A DNA stretch of 64,000 nt from a bacterium (lineage in GTDB: Bacteria > RBG-13-66-14 > B26-G2 > WVWN01), in assembly GCA_035529855.1 (NCBI GenBank), contig DATKVX010000044.1, positions 12,189-76,188 of the forward strand, in the 5' to 3' direction. Shown here in pieces: positions 9,077 to 17,957 of this stretch. Numbering within the stretch: the stretch's first letter is position 1; each line of letters opens with the position of its first letter. The notes below the pieces were generated by a model. It had not been told where the DNA came from. It saw only the letters and a list, made by a program, of their open reading frames with translations, and did no database searches. Both the position numbers and the translations under genes were made by a program.

Positions 9077-9721
9077 GTGGAAGTCGAGCTTATAGCGGTT
9101 ACGCCCGACGCGGAGGAGTTAATCGAGGCCGCGGCCCGGACCTGCTACGACACCGGCGACCGCGCCGGCGCCGACTCCGCCGCCAAGTTCATCCGCATGT
9201 TAATCCGCCGCGGCCACCTCTCGGTCCTCGAGCACGCCGCCGCGACCTTCCGCGTCACCGGCGTCTCGCGCGCCCTCACCCACCAGCTCGTCCGCCACCG
9301 GTTGGCCTCCTACTCCCAGCGCAGCCAGCGCTACGTCGGCGAGGCCGGCTTCCCGTACGTCACGCCGCCGTCCGTAGCGGGGAACGCCGACGGCCACCGC
9401 GCGTTCGACGACGCCGTCGAGAACGCCCGCGCCGCGTACGAGAGACTAATCGGGATGGGCGTACCCCGCGAGGACGCGCGCTTCGTCCTCCCCAACGCGA
9501 CGGCCACCGAGATAGTCATGACCGCCGATTTCCGCGAGTGGCGCCACGTACTCGCGCTCCGCGGCCACGCGTCGGCGCAGTGGGAGATACGCCGGCTGGC
9601 AATCGCCATCCTGAAAGAATTAAAGAGACAAGCGCCGGCGACTTTCGCCGACTTCGAAATCGACGAAACTAAGGAAACGATAACCGTCGTCAAGGAAAAG
9701 GGTGGTGGGAATAATGTTTAA
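9077..9721 (+). CDS. thyX: FAD-dependent thymidylate synthase ThyX
   Basis: GTG start with AAGGAG 6 nt upstream. ThyX signature RHR…SQRSQRY. 214 aa. Confidence 0.85.
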   Translation: MEVELIAVTPDAEELIEAAARTCYDTGDRAGADSAAKFIRMLIRRGHLSVLEHAAATFRVTGVSRALTHQLVRHRLASYSQRSQRYVGEAGFPYVTPPSVAGNADGHRAFDDAVENARAAYERLIGMGVPREDARFVLPNATATEIVMTADFREWRHVLALRGHASAQWEIRRLAIAILKELKRQAPATFADFEIDETKETITVVKEKGGGNNV

Positions 9722-10175
9722 ATCGAAGTGGGCCGTAGCCGCGGCGGCGCTCGCGTTGCTGGCCGCGGCCGCGGCGGCGGAGATATCCGAGGCCGACGCG
9801 CAATACTACGACGACTTCGGCGCCGCGGCCAAGCGCATCGGCAAACAGCTCGATAAACTCGGCGAACTCTTCGTCAAAGCGTCCTCCGGCAAGGATTATT
9901 CCATCGACTGCGAGGACCGCGCCGCGGAACTGGCCGACGCCTACCACTTCCTCGCGGACCGCGTGCCGCCGGCCGAAGCTATAACGGCCCAAAAGGACCT
10001 TACGGCCAGCGCCGAGCTCGGCGCCGAGGCCGCGCTGAGCCTGGCCGAATACTTCGACGCCGAGTTCGCCCACAAAAATAATAAGGCGAGCGCTCTCGAC
10101 GTCTACGAACAAGCCATCGCCAAGTACGCCGACGCCCTGGCCGCAGCCCCGCCCGAAGTGTTAAAAAACCCGTAG
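9717..10175 (+). CDS. Secreted hypothetical protein
   Basis: Signal peptide MFKSKWAVAAAALALLAAAAAA. Ala/acidic-rich. No recognisable domain. Confidence 0.45.
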   Translation, partial: FKSKWAVAAAALALLAAAAAAEISEADAQYYDDFGAAAKRIGKQLDKLGELFVKASSGKDYSIDCEDRAAELADAYHFLADRVPPAEAITAQKDLTASAELGAEAALSLAEYFDAEFAHKNNKASALDVYEQAIAKYADALAAAPPEVLKNP

Positions 10176-10203
10176 CGCCGGACCACCGACCGTCTAGCCG
10201 CCC

Positions 10204-11856
10204 GTGGCGAACGCTTTTGACGTTACCGAGCTGACTTTTACGTACCGCGGCCGGTCCCGGCCGGCCCTCTCCCACGTTACCCTCGGCCTGGAGGAAGACC
10301 GCACCCTCGGCGTCTTAGGCCATTCCGGCGCCGGCAAATCGACGCTGCTGGCGGCGCTCGCCGCCGTCGTACCCGCCGTTAAAAAGGGAACGATGAGCGG
10401 CGATGTTACTTTACGCGGCGCCTCCCTCGCCGGTAAAAAGCCCCGCGACGTCGCCGGCGACGTGGCTTTCGTCTTCGAGGACTTCGACGCCGCGCTGGTG
10501 GCAACGACGGTCGAAGACGAAGTCGCGTTTGGGCCGCGGCACCTCGGCGTACCCGCCGGGGATATAGGCGGCCGCGTCGGCGACGCGCTGGCCGCCTGCG
10601 GCCTGGCCGGCCTCGAGGCCCGGCGCGTCGAAACGCTGTCGGGCGGCCAAAAACAGCGGCTCGCCGTCGCCGCGGCGCTGGCCACCGACGCGCGCCTGCT
10701 GCTCTTCGACGAGGCCGCGACCGATTTGGACCCGGCCGGCAAGGCAACGCTGCAGGCTATTATAACGGACCTCGGCCCTCGCGGCCGTACGGCCGTCGTC
10801 GCCGACAACGAAGCGGCGCAAGCGCTCACGTGGAACGAAGTAGCGCTGCTGGGCGGAGGCGAGCTCGTCGCCCGCGGCTCCCCCCTGCGAACGCTGGCCG
10901 ACGAGGAGCTTTGCCGGCGCGCCGGCGTCGCCGCGCTAAACTTTTTGAATTATTTTGAACGACGCGGCGACGGCTTCCGCCTTCTTCCCGGGGTGGAAAT
11001 CGGGCGGTTAAAATACGACGAGCCGCCGCCCGCGGCGGGGCCGCCGGCGGTCGTCGCGGATGACCTTACGCTAACGTACGCCAGCGGCGTAACCGCCCTA
11101 TCGGGTTTTAACCTCGCGATACGCGAGGGCGACTTCGTCGCGCTCGTGGGCGAGAACGGCGGCGGTAAGACGACGTTCGCCAAAGCGGCCGCGGGTCTAC
11201 TGAGCCCGACCGCCGGCGAGGTTCTCGTCGGGGGCCGGCCGCCGACGAAGCTATCGGCGAAGCAGCGCGCTCGAGCCGTCGGCTACCTCTTCCAAAACCC
11301 GGACCACCAGATATTTCAACCGACGGTCCGCGAAGAAGTCGCCTTCGGCCCGCGCCAGCTCGGTTTACCGGGGTACGATATCGAACGCCGCGTAGCGGCC
11401 GCGGTCGCCGCGGTGGACCTGGAGGAGCGCGAGGACGAAGACCCGTTCACGATGCCCAAAGGAGACCGCCAGCGCGTCGCGTTGGCCTCCGTCCTCGCCG
11501 TGGAACCCGAAATCCTGGTGATGGACGAGCCGACGACGGGGCTCGACCGCCGCGAAGTCGCCTCACTCATGGACGCCGTTACGGCGCTCAACCGGCGCGG
11601 CACCACCGTAATCTTTATAACCCACGCCATGGACGTCGTGGCCGGCTACGCCCGGCGCGTCGCCGTCGTCGCCGGCGGCCGCGTCGCGGGCGAGGGTACG
11701 CCTCGCGAGGTCCTGGCCGACGACGAACTTTTATCGCGAGCGGGTTTGAGGCCGCCGGTGGCGGCTCGCCTCGCCCGCGACCTGGGCCTCGACGCCGTAA
11801 CGGGGGACGAGCTAACGCGGGCGCTGCGGATACCGGGCCGTCGAACCGAGATATGA
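10204..11856 (+). CDS. Fused tandem ABC ATPase, energy-coupling-factor (EcfA1-EcfA2-like) type
   Basis: Two Walker A motifs (GHSGAGKST and GENGGGKTT), two LSGGQ-like signatures (LSGGQKQR and KGDRQR), and Walker B motifs. Confidence 0.8.
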   Translation: MANAFDVTELTFTYRGRSRPALSHVTLGLEEDRTLGVLGHSGAGKSTLLAALAAVVPAVKKGTMSGDVTLRGASLAGKKPRDVAGDVAFVFEDFDAALVATTVEDEVAFGPRHLGVPAGDIGGRVGDALAACGLAGLEARRVETLSGGQKQRLAVAAALATDARLLLFDEAATDLDPAGKATLQAIITDLGPRGRTAVVADNEAAQALTWNEVALLGGGELVARGSPLRTLADEELCRRAGVAALNFLNYFERRGDGFRLLPGVEIGRLKYDEPPPAAGPPAVVADDLTLTYASGVTALSGFNLAIREGDFVALVGENGGGKTTFAKAAAGLLSPTAGEVLVGGRPPTKLSAKQRARAVGYLFQNPDHQIFQPTVREEVAFGPRQLGLPGYDIERRVAAAVAAVDLEEREDEDPFTMPKGDRQRVALASVLAVEPEILVMDEPTTGLDRREVASLMDAVTALNRRGTTVIFITHAMDVVAGYARRVAVVAGGRVAGEGTPREVLADDELLSRAGLRPPVAARLARDLGLDAVTGDELTRALRIPGRRTEI

Positions 11857-12623
11857 ACCAACCGCCGCTAAAAAGGCTCCACCCCGCGACGCGCCTGGCG
11901 CTGCTCGTACTAACGCTCGTACTCCTCACGACGTTCAACCACCCGGCGTACGTGACGCCGCTGGTCGCCGGCGTCACGTTAGCCGCGCTATACCTCTGCG
12001 GGGCCGGGACGTCGCTGCGCCGGACGGCGCCGCTAGCCGCGGCCTTCGTCGTGCTGAGCGCCCTCCTATGGCCGCCTTTCATAAAGACGGGCGAACCCTG
12101 GGCGCACGTTTGGGTGTACCGGGCGACGAACCTGGGCGTGCTTTACGGCCTAGCCGTCGGCCTGCGCACCGTCGGCATGCTAGTCGCGGGGTTGGCGTTC
12201 CTGGCGGTTACGACGCCGGAAGAATTCAGCGAGGCGCTCCGCACTTACCGCGTGCCGCGAGGCGCGACCGTTACGCTCACGCTCGCGTTTCGCCTTTTGC
12301 CCGTAATGTTCGAGACCAGCGCCCGGGCGCTGGAGGCCCAACGCGCGCGGGGGCTAGACTTCGGCTCGAGCTTCCTATCGCAGGCGCGCCGGGCGCTGCC
12401 GCTCGTCGTACCGGTTTTCCTGTACAGCCTTCGCTCGGCCGACCAGCTCGCGACGTCGCTCGAGCTCCGCGGTTACCACACGACGAAGAGGCCGACGCCG
12501 TACGGCGCCCGGCCGGCGTCGGCGTGGGATTGGGGGGTATGGACGGCTATGGTGGCCGTCGTAGCGGCGGCCGTATTTATTAGATTGAGCGGCCACGGCG
12601 CCGTCCTGCCCGGGCGATTATAA
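11853..12623 (+). CDS. ECF transporter transmembrane component (EcfT/CbiQ family)
   Basis: Polytopic membrane protein directly overlapping the stop of the fused ATPase. Conserved Arg-rich loops as in the CbiQ family. Confidence 0.65.
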   Translation: MNQPPLKRLHPATRLALLVLTLVLLTTFNHPAYVTPLVAGVTLAALYLCGAGTSLRRTAPLAAAFVVLSALLWPPFIKTGEPWAHVWVYRATNLGVLYGLAVGLRTVGMLVAGLAFLAVTTPEEFSEALRTYRVPRGATVTLTLAFRLLPVMFETSARALEAQRARGLDFGSSFLSQARRALPLVVPVFLYSLRSADQLATSLELRGYHTTKRPTPYGARPASAWDWGVWTAMVAVVAAAVFIRLSGHGAVLPGRL

Positions 12624-12698
12624 CTACGGATTTCGGTTGACAGAGAGCCGGCTATCGGCTACTATTACGCGCCCCCGGCAAAGGGGGCATTATGGCAT

Positions 12699-13988
12699 AT
12701 GGGTAAGTTTCTTAGATATTGGAAATACGTAACGGGGGCGCTTGCGGTAACATGCGGGGCCGGCCCCGCCGCGGCCCAGTACGTCCCGGCGCCATACGAT
12801 ATCGAGGAGGAGTTCGACAAAGAGTACGCCATGGACCTGGTGCAGCTCTCGTACGACCGCGACTGGGACCGCATCTGGGACGAAAACGATATCGGCGTCC
12901 GCATCGCGATGGGCAGCCTTAACGTGCGGCAATGGTTTCTGGACCAAGAGGTCAAAGTCGCCGCCGATTTTACCGACTGGTTCCGCTTCCTCTACCGCTA
13001 CGACCGCTACGAGGGGCTCGAGCCGCTGTGGGACGAACGCCAGCTAAACGAATTCGAACTCGAGTTCGGCCTGTGGCGCTGGTTCAAGTTGGGCTTGCGG
13101 ACGCAACCCACGTTCTGGAAACGTTACTCCGACGCCGGCTTCACGGCCAAGTTCCGCTACGACCGCGACCGCTACGTCGAGGTAGGCTACACCGCCATCG
13201 ACTTCGACAACAACTACTCGTTTAGGCGCTCGTCGTACGACGAGGGTTACGAGGAGATGTTCGAAGAAAGCCCCCAACGTTACGAGGCCTCCGGCTCCTG
13301 GTCGTTCCCTTGGGGTTTAAGAATCAAGGGGGAGGGTCTTTGGCGGACGCCGTCGATTAAAAACTACACCTATTTCTACGGCCAGCGGCCCAATTGGGTG
13401 CGGCGGTACGTCGAACGATACGGCTCCGTCACCGTTCGGAAGGCGCTGCCGGCGAACCTGGAGGGGTACTACCGCGGCACGACCAACTCGTGGGAAGAGA
13501 CGCGGCGCCTTACGGGCCCCCCCGCGGGCGAGGCGCAGTTGGAAGAGGACTTCGACGGCCGATTGACGCTAGGTTCCCACGGCGGCGGCGTTTACTACCA
13601 ACCGCCGGGGCGGCACCGCCTCCGCGTCGGCTTCCAGCGACGTCACCAAACGCGCCGCTTTAACTTCGGCGGCAGGCCGCTCGAAAGTTACCTTTACGAA
13701 AAAACGGAATTGGTTTATCATATACTTTGGCGTTTACGCACCTGGCGCGAGCTATACCTCGAAACCGGCTATATGGGGGAGAGGATCGACGTCGATAAAA
13801 ACCTACCCGCCGCTAAATACGCCGAAACGTGGAGTTGGTACGAGAACCGGGTACCGATTTCGCTGGAATACAAGTTCGGCGAGAACTACGCCTTTAAATT
13901 GGCCTCGGGCATCGATATAGACAAACGCGACTGGGGAGATTACTTGATTTACGATAAGGCGTACGCGTTCGTAATCGCCTGTTTCTGA
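12699..13988 (+). CDS. Outer-membrane beta-barrel-like hypothetical protein
   Basis: Signal peptide. Trp/Tyr/Arg/Asp-rich with alternating amphipathic strands. Ends in aromatic …VIACF. Confidence 0.45.
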   Translation: MGKFLRYWKYVTGALAVTCGAGPAAAQYVPAPYDIEEEFDKEYAMDLVQLSYDRDWDRIWDENDIGVRIAMGSLNVRQWFLDQEVKVAADFTDWFRFLYRYDRYEGLEPLWDERQLNEFELEFGLWRWFKLGLRTQPTFWKRYSDAGFTAKFRYDRDRYVEVGYTAIDFDNNYSFRRSSYDEGYEEMFEESPQRYEASGSWSFPWGLRIKGEGLWRTPSIKNYTYFYGQRPNWVRRYVERYGSVTVRKALPANLEGYYRGTTNSWEETRRLTGPPAGEAQLEEDFDGRLTLGSHGGGVYYQPPGRHRLRVGFQRRHQTRRFNFGGRPLESYLYEKTELVYHILWRLRTWRELYLETGYMGERIDVDKNLPAAKYAETWSWYENRVPISLEYKFGENYAFKLASGIDIDKRDWGDYLIYDKAYAFVIACF

Positions 13989-14030
13989 GTAACGCGGCCG
14001 AAGGTGGCGCAACTAATCAGGGGTAAAGGT

Positions 14031-14576
14031 ATGGCCGACGAACTCGCCGTTGGCGATGCGGTGGTCGAACTTACGCAAGGGGACATTACCGCCTGGCGCG
14101 GGGACGCCATCGTGAACGCGGCCAACACGTCGCTCGTATTGGGCGCCGGCGTGGCGGGCGCCATAGCGAAGCGAGCCGGCCCCACGGTGCAGCGCGAAGC
14201 CCTCGAGAAAGCCCCCGTCGGCCTGGGCGAGGTCGCACGCACCAGGGCCGGCTTGTTGCCGGCGAAGTTCGTCATCCACGCCGCGGTTATGGGAGAAGAC
14301 CGCAAGACCGACGCCGGGGCCATCTCCCGGGCGACGAGGGCCGCGCTCGAGAACGCCGAGGCCATCGGCCTGAAGTCGATCGCCTTCCCGGCTTTGGGCA
14401 CCGGCGTGGGGGGGATGCCGTACGACGAAGCCGCCCGGGCCATGCTCCGGACGACCCTGAAGTATCTCTCCGCGCGCGAAACGTCGCGGCTCAAGCGCGT
14501 CGTCTTCGTTCTCTACGACGACGCGGCGGCGGAGAGCTTCCGAAAAGTATTAAGCGCTATTCGCGAGAATTCGTAA
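14031..14576 (+). CDS. Macro-domain protein (ADP-ribose binding / O-acetyl-ADP-ribose deacetylase family)
   Basis: GDITAWRGDAIVNAANTSLVLGAGVAGAI motif typical of macro domains. ATG at 14031 with an AGGGG ribosome-binding site. Confidence 0.8.
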   Translation: MADELAVGDAVVELTQGDITAWRGDAIVNAANTSLVLGAGVAGAIAKRAGPTVQREALEKAPVGLGEVARTRAGLLPAKFVIHAAVMGEDRKTDAGAISRATRAALENAEAIGLKSIAFPALGTGVGGMPYDEAARAMLRTTLKYLSARETSRLKRVVFVLYDDAAAESFRKVLSAIRENS

Positions 14577-14590
14577 AGGAGAAATGCCTT

Positions 14591-15946
14591 ATGGGCGCCC
14601 GTTCGGTAGCAATCGCTTTTTTAATCCTCTTAACGGCGGCCTGTTGGGCCGCGGAAGTCGAAGTATACGGCCATCTGTACGGGGCCGTAACCGACGACTT
14701 CGCGGAAGGCGACGTCGGACCCACGTCTATCCCCGAACCCGCCGCGGAAGAAAGCAGCGCCGACGATATCGTAAAGGACGGCGACCCCGCGTACAACTTC
14801 CGCTTGGAAGCGGACGTAGGCATCCGCGCCGTCTTCGACGAAAACGTAGCCGCGAACCTCGAGTTCACGTTCGACGACCGCAAGCAATCGGAATACTACC
14901 GTTACGTACTCCTCGAGCCGGAAGAAGGCGCGTATTACCTGACCGAGCAAGGGGAAAGTAAGTACGTATACGCGTCGCTGGAACAAGTCAACGTAGAGCT
15001 GAGTGACTTATGGCGCGCGACCGACGTAACGCTGGGCGGCTTCGACGTACGCTACGGCCACGGCGGGTATTACAACAACCTCGTCAACCGCATCGACCCC
15101 GTTTCCTTCGTGGCGTACCTCGACCCGTTCGGCGCGCGCGTCGGCGGCGAATTCGGGCCGGTTAAGGCTTCGTTGGACGTAGGCGCGGGGCTCGAGCACC
15201 AGGCCGTCGTCGCGGCCGATTGCCACGTGCGCAACTTCGGCCTGTTCTGCGCGACGGAGGGAAGAACGTACGACCTGAAATCGCTGTGGGATACGCACTT
15301 CGCGCCCGCCCTCCCCAAGTTCTGGCGCCAACTTTATTGGCGGGAGAAGAGGCTGGCCCCCGAACCCCGCGGGAGATTGGGGACGTTGGGGGATACGGTC
15401 CACGCCGGCGTCGAGGCGTCGTGGAAGTATTCGACGTGGGACCTCTACGCCGTCGCCGCGTACCACGTCTTCGCCGACGAGAGCGGTATGGAAAACCCGA
15501 CCGGCGGCCAGCTCGTCCAATTCTACCCCGACTTCGGCGTACGCGTAATACCGCCGCGGTTGTGGCTCCGGGGGGCCGCGCTATACGAGGCGTGGCGAGC
15601 CAACTACCACGGCACTTTCGGCGACGGCATAGATGCGGACGACTACCTGATGCTCTTCGGCGAACCGCAGCTCTTCCTGACGGAAAACCTATTCTTCGGC
15701 GTAGGGGGCCGTTACGTCAACCCGAACCGCCGCGCCGTAGACGACCCCCAAAGCTCGACCCGGGAAGACACCGTACTCAGCGTCGCTTTTATCCCCCATT
15801 TATCGTACGCCCCGAACGAGAACGTAAAAATCGACTTGAGCCACGCCGAGATATGGTGGGACCCGAGCTACGATTTAAAAACGACGGAGGGCTTCGAAGA
15901 AAACCGCGGGCACGAATTAAAACTGGAAATCGAGGCCGCTTTCTAG
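14591..15946 (+). CDS. Secreted / outer-membrane beta-barrel-like hypothetical protein
   Basis: Signal peptide. Aromatic-rich, with a C-terminal …EIEAAF. Confidence 0.4.
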   Translation: MGARSVAIAFLILLTAACWAAEVEVYGHLYGAVTDDFAEGDVGPTSIPEPAAEESSADDIVKDGDPAYNFRLEADVGIRAVFDENVAANLEFTFDDRKQSEYYRYVLLEPEEGAYYLTEQGESKYVYASLEQVNVELSDLWRATDVTLGGFDVRYGHGGYYNNLVNRIDPVSFVAYLDPFGARVGGEFGPVKASLDVGAGLEHQAVVAADCHVRNFGLFCATEGRTYDLKSLWDTHFAPALPKFWRQLYWREKRLAPEPRGRLGTLGDTVHAGVEASWKYSTWDLYAVAAYHVFADESGMENPTGGQLVQFYPDFGVRVIPPRLWLRGAALYEAWRANYHGTFGDGIDADDYLMLFGEPQLFLTENLFFGVGGRYVNPNRRAVDDPQSSTREDTVLSVAFIPHLSYAPNENVKIDLSHAEIWWDPSYDLKTTEGFEENRGHELKLEIEAAF

Positions 15947-15961
15947 TATAATCGAAAAAGG

Positions 15962-17881
15962 TTGCAAATGGGCCCGCGGTATTACATAAAGCGCTTAACA
16001 ATTTCCTGCGTCGCGACGTTGGCGGCGGCGTGGGCCGCTACCGGGAACCCCCAGTACCTCCCCGGTTGGCCCGCGACCGGCGGTTCTTATCACGGCTCGT
16101 CCCCCGCGGTCGCGGACGTCGACGGCGACGGCCGCCGCGAAATCGCGATCGCCACCTGGGACGGCAAGCTGAACTTATTCAACGCCGGCGGCCAACTCCT
16201 GGCCGGGTTCCCGGTCTCTACGGGCGTGCGGAGCGGGGAGCGCAATTCGCCCGCCCTTGCCGACCTGGACGGCGATAAGACGTTGGAGGTTATCCACGTC
16301 TCCGCCGACGGCCGCATCTACGCCTTCGACAAGCGAGGAACGCCGCTCGCCGGTTGGCCCAAGGAATTAGCCGCCGGCGCCGCGGGGCCCGCCATTCAGG
16401 ACTTCACGAGTTACGGCGGCCTCGAAATATTCGCCGCCGCCGGCGCTACGCTGTTCGGCCTCCACGGCAACGGCACGGTCGTAGGCGGGTGGCCCGTTTC
16501 GCTCGAAGGTTCGGCGGCGGGGCCGCCGGCGGTGGGCGACCTCGACGGCGACCACCGGCCGGAAGTCGTCGTCGCGGCCGACCGGCAGGTCTACGCCTTC
16601 TCGACCTCGGGCGGCGCCGTTCCGGGCTGGCCGGCGGCGGTGGACGGGAAAGTGGTCGGCGCGCCGGTTTTAGCCGACGTAGACGGCGACGGCCGAACGG
16701 AGGTTCTGGTAGGGACCACCGCCGGTTCGACGTACGTCATCGACGCGACCGGGAACATCCGGGCGGGGTGGCCGCAATCCCTCGAGCCGAAGCCGATAAC
16801 GACCCCCGCGGCCGTGGGCGACGTAGAAGGGCGCGGCGCATTAACGTTGGTATTCGTCGGCGGCGCGACCCACATTAATAGCGCGACGCTCGCGGCCTTC
16901 GACGCCGACGGCAGGCCGCGACCGGGCTTCCCCAAACAAATAAACCGCACCGTAGCCGCGGCCCCGCTTATAGTCGACGCCGACGGCGACGGCCTCCCCG
17001 AAATATTACTCGCCACGTACGACGGCTCGCTTTTGGCCTTCGAGAAAAACGGGGCGCTTACCGGCGGGTTTCCTCTTAAACTCCAAGGGAACGGCGTAAC
17101 GTCGACGCCGGCGGCCGCGGACGTGGACGACGACGGCTTCATGGACCTCGTCGTGGCCGCGCAGAACGGCTTCCTCGAGGTCTTCCGTACCGACGCGGCC
17201 TACGACCCCTCCGTCAACCCCTGGCCTATGTACGGCGGCAACCACTGGCGTACCGCTAAATACCGCGCGCCGGCGGCGAATCGCCAAACGTTCGAATTAT
17301 CCGCCCGCGGCGGCGGGATCACCGTTCGGTGGAAAGCCGACCCGCGAACCGGCCGTTTGGGATGGGCCGTATTCAAGGGCATAAAAGACACCGTGAGCGG
17401 CAACGTCGTGTATTTCGAGTTGGCGTACGTCGACGAACAGCCGACGCCCTCATACAGCTACCGCGACGATAAAATCGACGACGGCGTAATTTATTACTAC
17501 AAACTCGAGGAGCGCGTATCCTCCGGCGCGTCCTACACCTACGGGCCCAAAGCCATACGGGCCGTAGGCGGCAGCGCGACGAAAGCCCGAAGCGCTATCA
17601 CGAGTTGTTACCCTAACCCCTTCGCGACGCGGATTAGCATCGCCTACGAAGTCGCCCCGGTCGAAGACCGGGAATCTAAAACGTCGATAGCGGTATACGA
17701 TATTTCCGGGAAATTAATACGCACCATCGTGAACGAGGCCAACCCGCCCGGCAAGTACGTCGCGGAGTGGGACGGCACCGACAGCCGCGGCGTACCGGTG
17801 GCCAGCGGCGTATACTTGGCGAACCTCCGCGCCGGCGAAGGCACGCCCCCTTCCACCAAGACGCTCGTCCTCGTGCGGTGA
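15962..17881 (+). CDS. FG-GAP/VCBS repeat beta-propeller protein with a C-terminal T9SS (Por) sorting domain
   Basis: Repeated DVDGDGRxE / DLDGD / DADGDG calcium-binding-like FG-GAP motifs. The C-terminal ~85 aa (CYPNPF…IAVYDISGKLIRTI…WDGTDSRG…SGVYLANL) match the type IX secretion C-terminal domain pattern. Confidence 0.7.
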   Translation: MQMGPRYYIKRLTISCVATLAAAWAATGNPQYLPGWPATGGSYHGSSPAVADVDGDGRREIAIATWDGKLNLFNAGGQLLAGFPVSTGVRSGERNSPALADLDGDKTLEVIHVSADGRIYAFDKRGTPLAGWPKELAAGAAGPAIQDFTSYGGLEIFAAAGATLFGLHGNGTVVGGWPVSLEGSAAGPPAVGDLDGDHRPEVVVAADRQVYAFSTSGGAVPGWPAAVDGKVVGAPVLADVDGDGRTEVLVGTTAGSTYVIDATGNIRAGWPQSLEPKPITTPAAVGDVEGRGALTLVFVGGATHINSATLAAFDADGRPRPGFPKQINRTVAAAPLIVDADGDGLPEILLATYDGSLLAFEKNGALTGGFPLKLQGNGVTSTPAAADVDDDGFMDLVVAAQNGFLEVFRTDAAYDPSVNPWPMYGGNHWRTAKYRAPAANRQTFELSARGGGITVRWKADPRTGRLGWAVFKGIKDTVSGNVVYFELAYVDEQPTPSYSYRDDKIDDGVIYYYKLEERVSSGASYTYGPKAIRAVGGSATKARSAITSCYPNPFATRISIAYEVAPVEDRESKTSIAVYDISGKLIRTIVNEANPPGKYVAEWDGTDSRGVPVASGVYLANLRAGEGTPPSTKTLVLVR

Positions 17882-17957
17882 CTCCAAGCGAGCGGCGCAC
17901 GTGAAAAAGGCCCCCGTGACGGGGCCCTTTCTTATACGCGTTGCCGCGGGGCGTATC

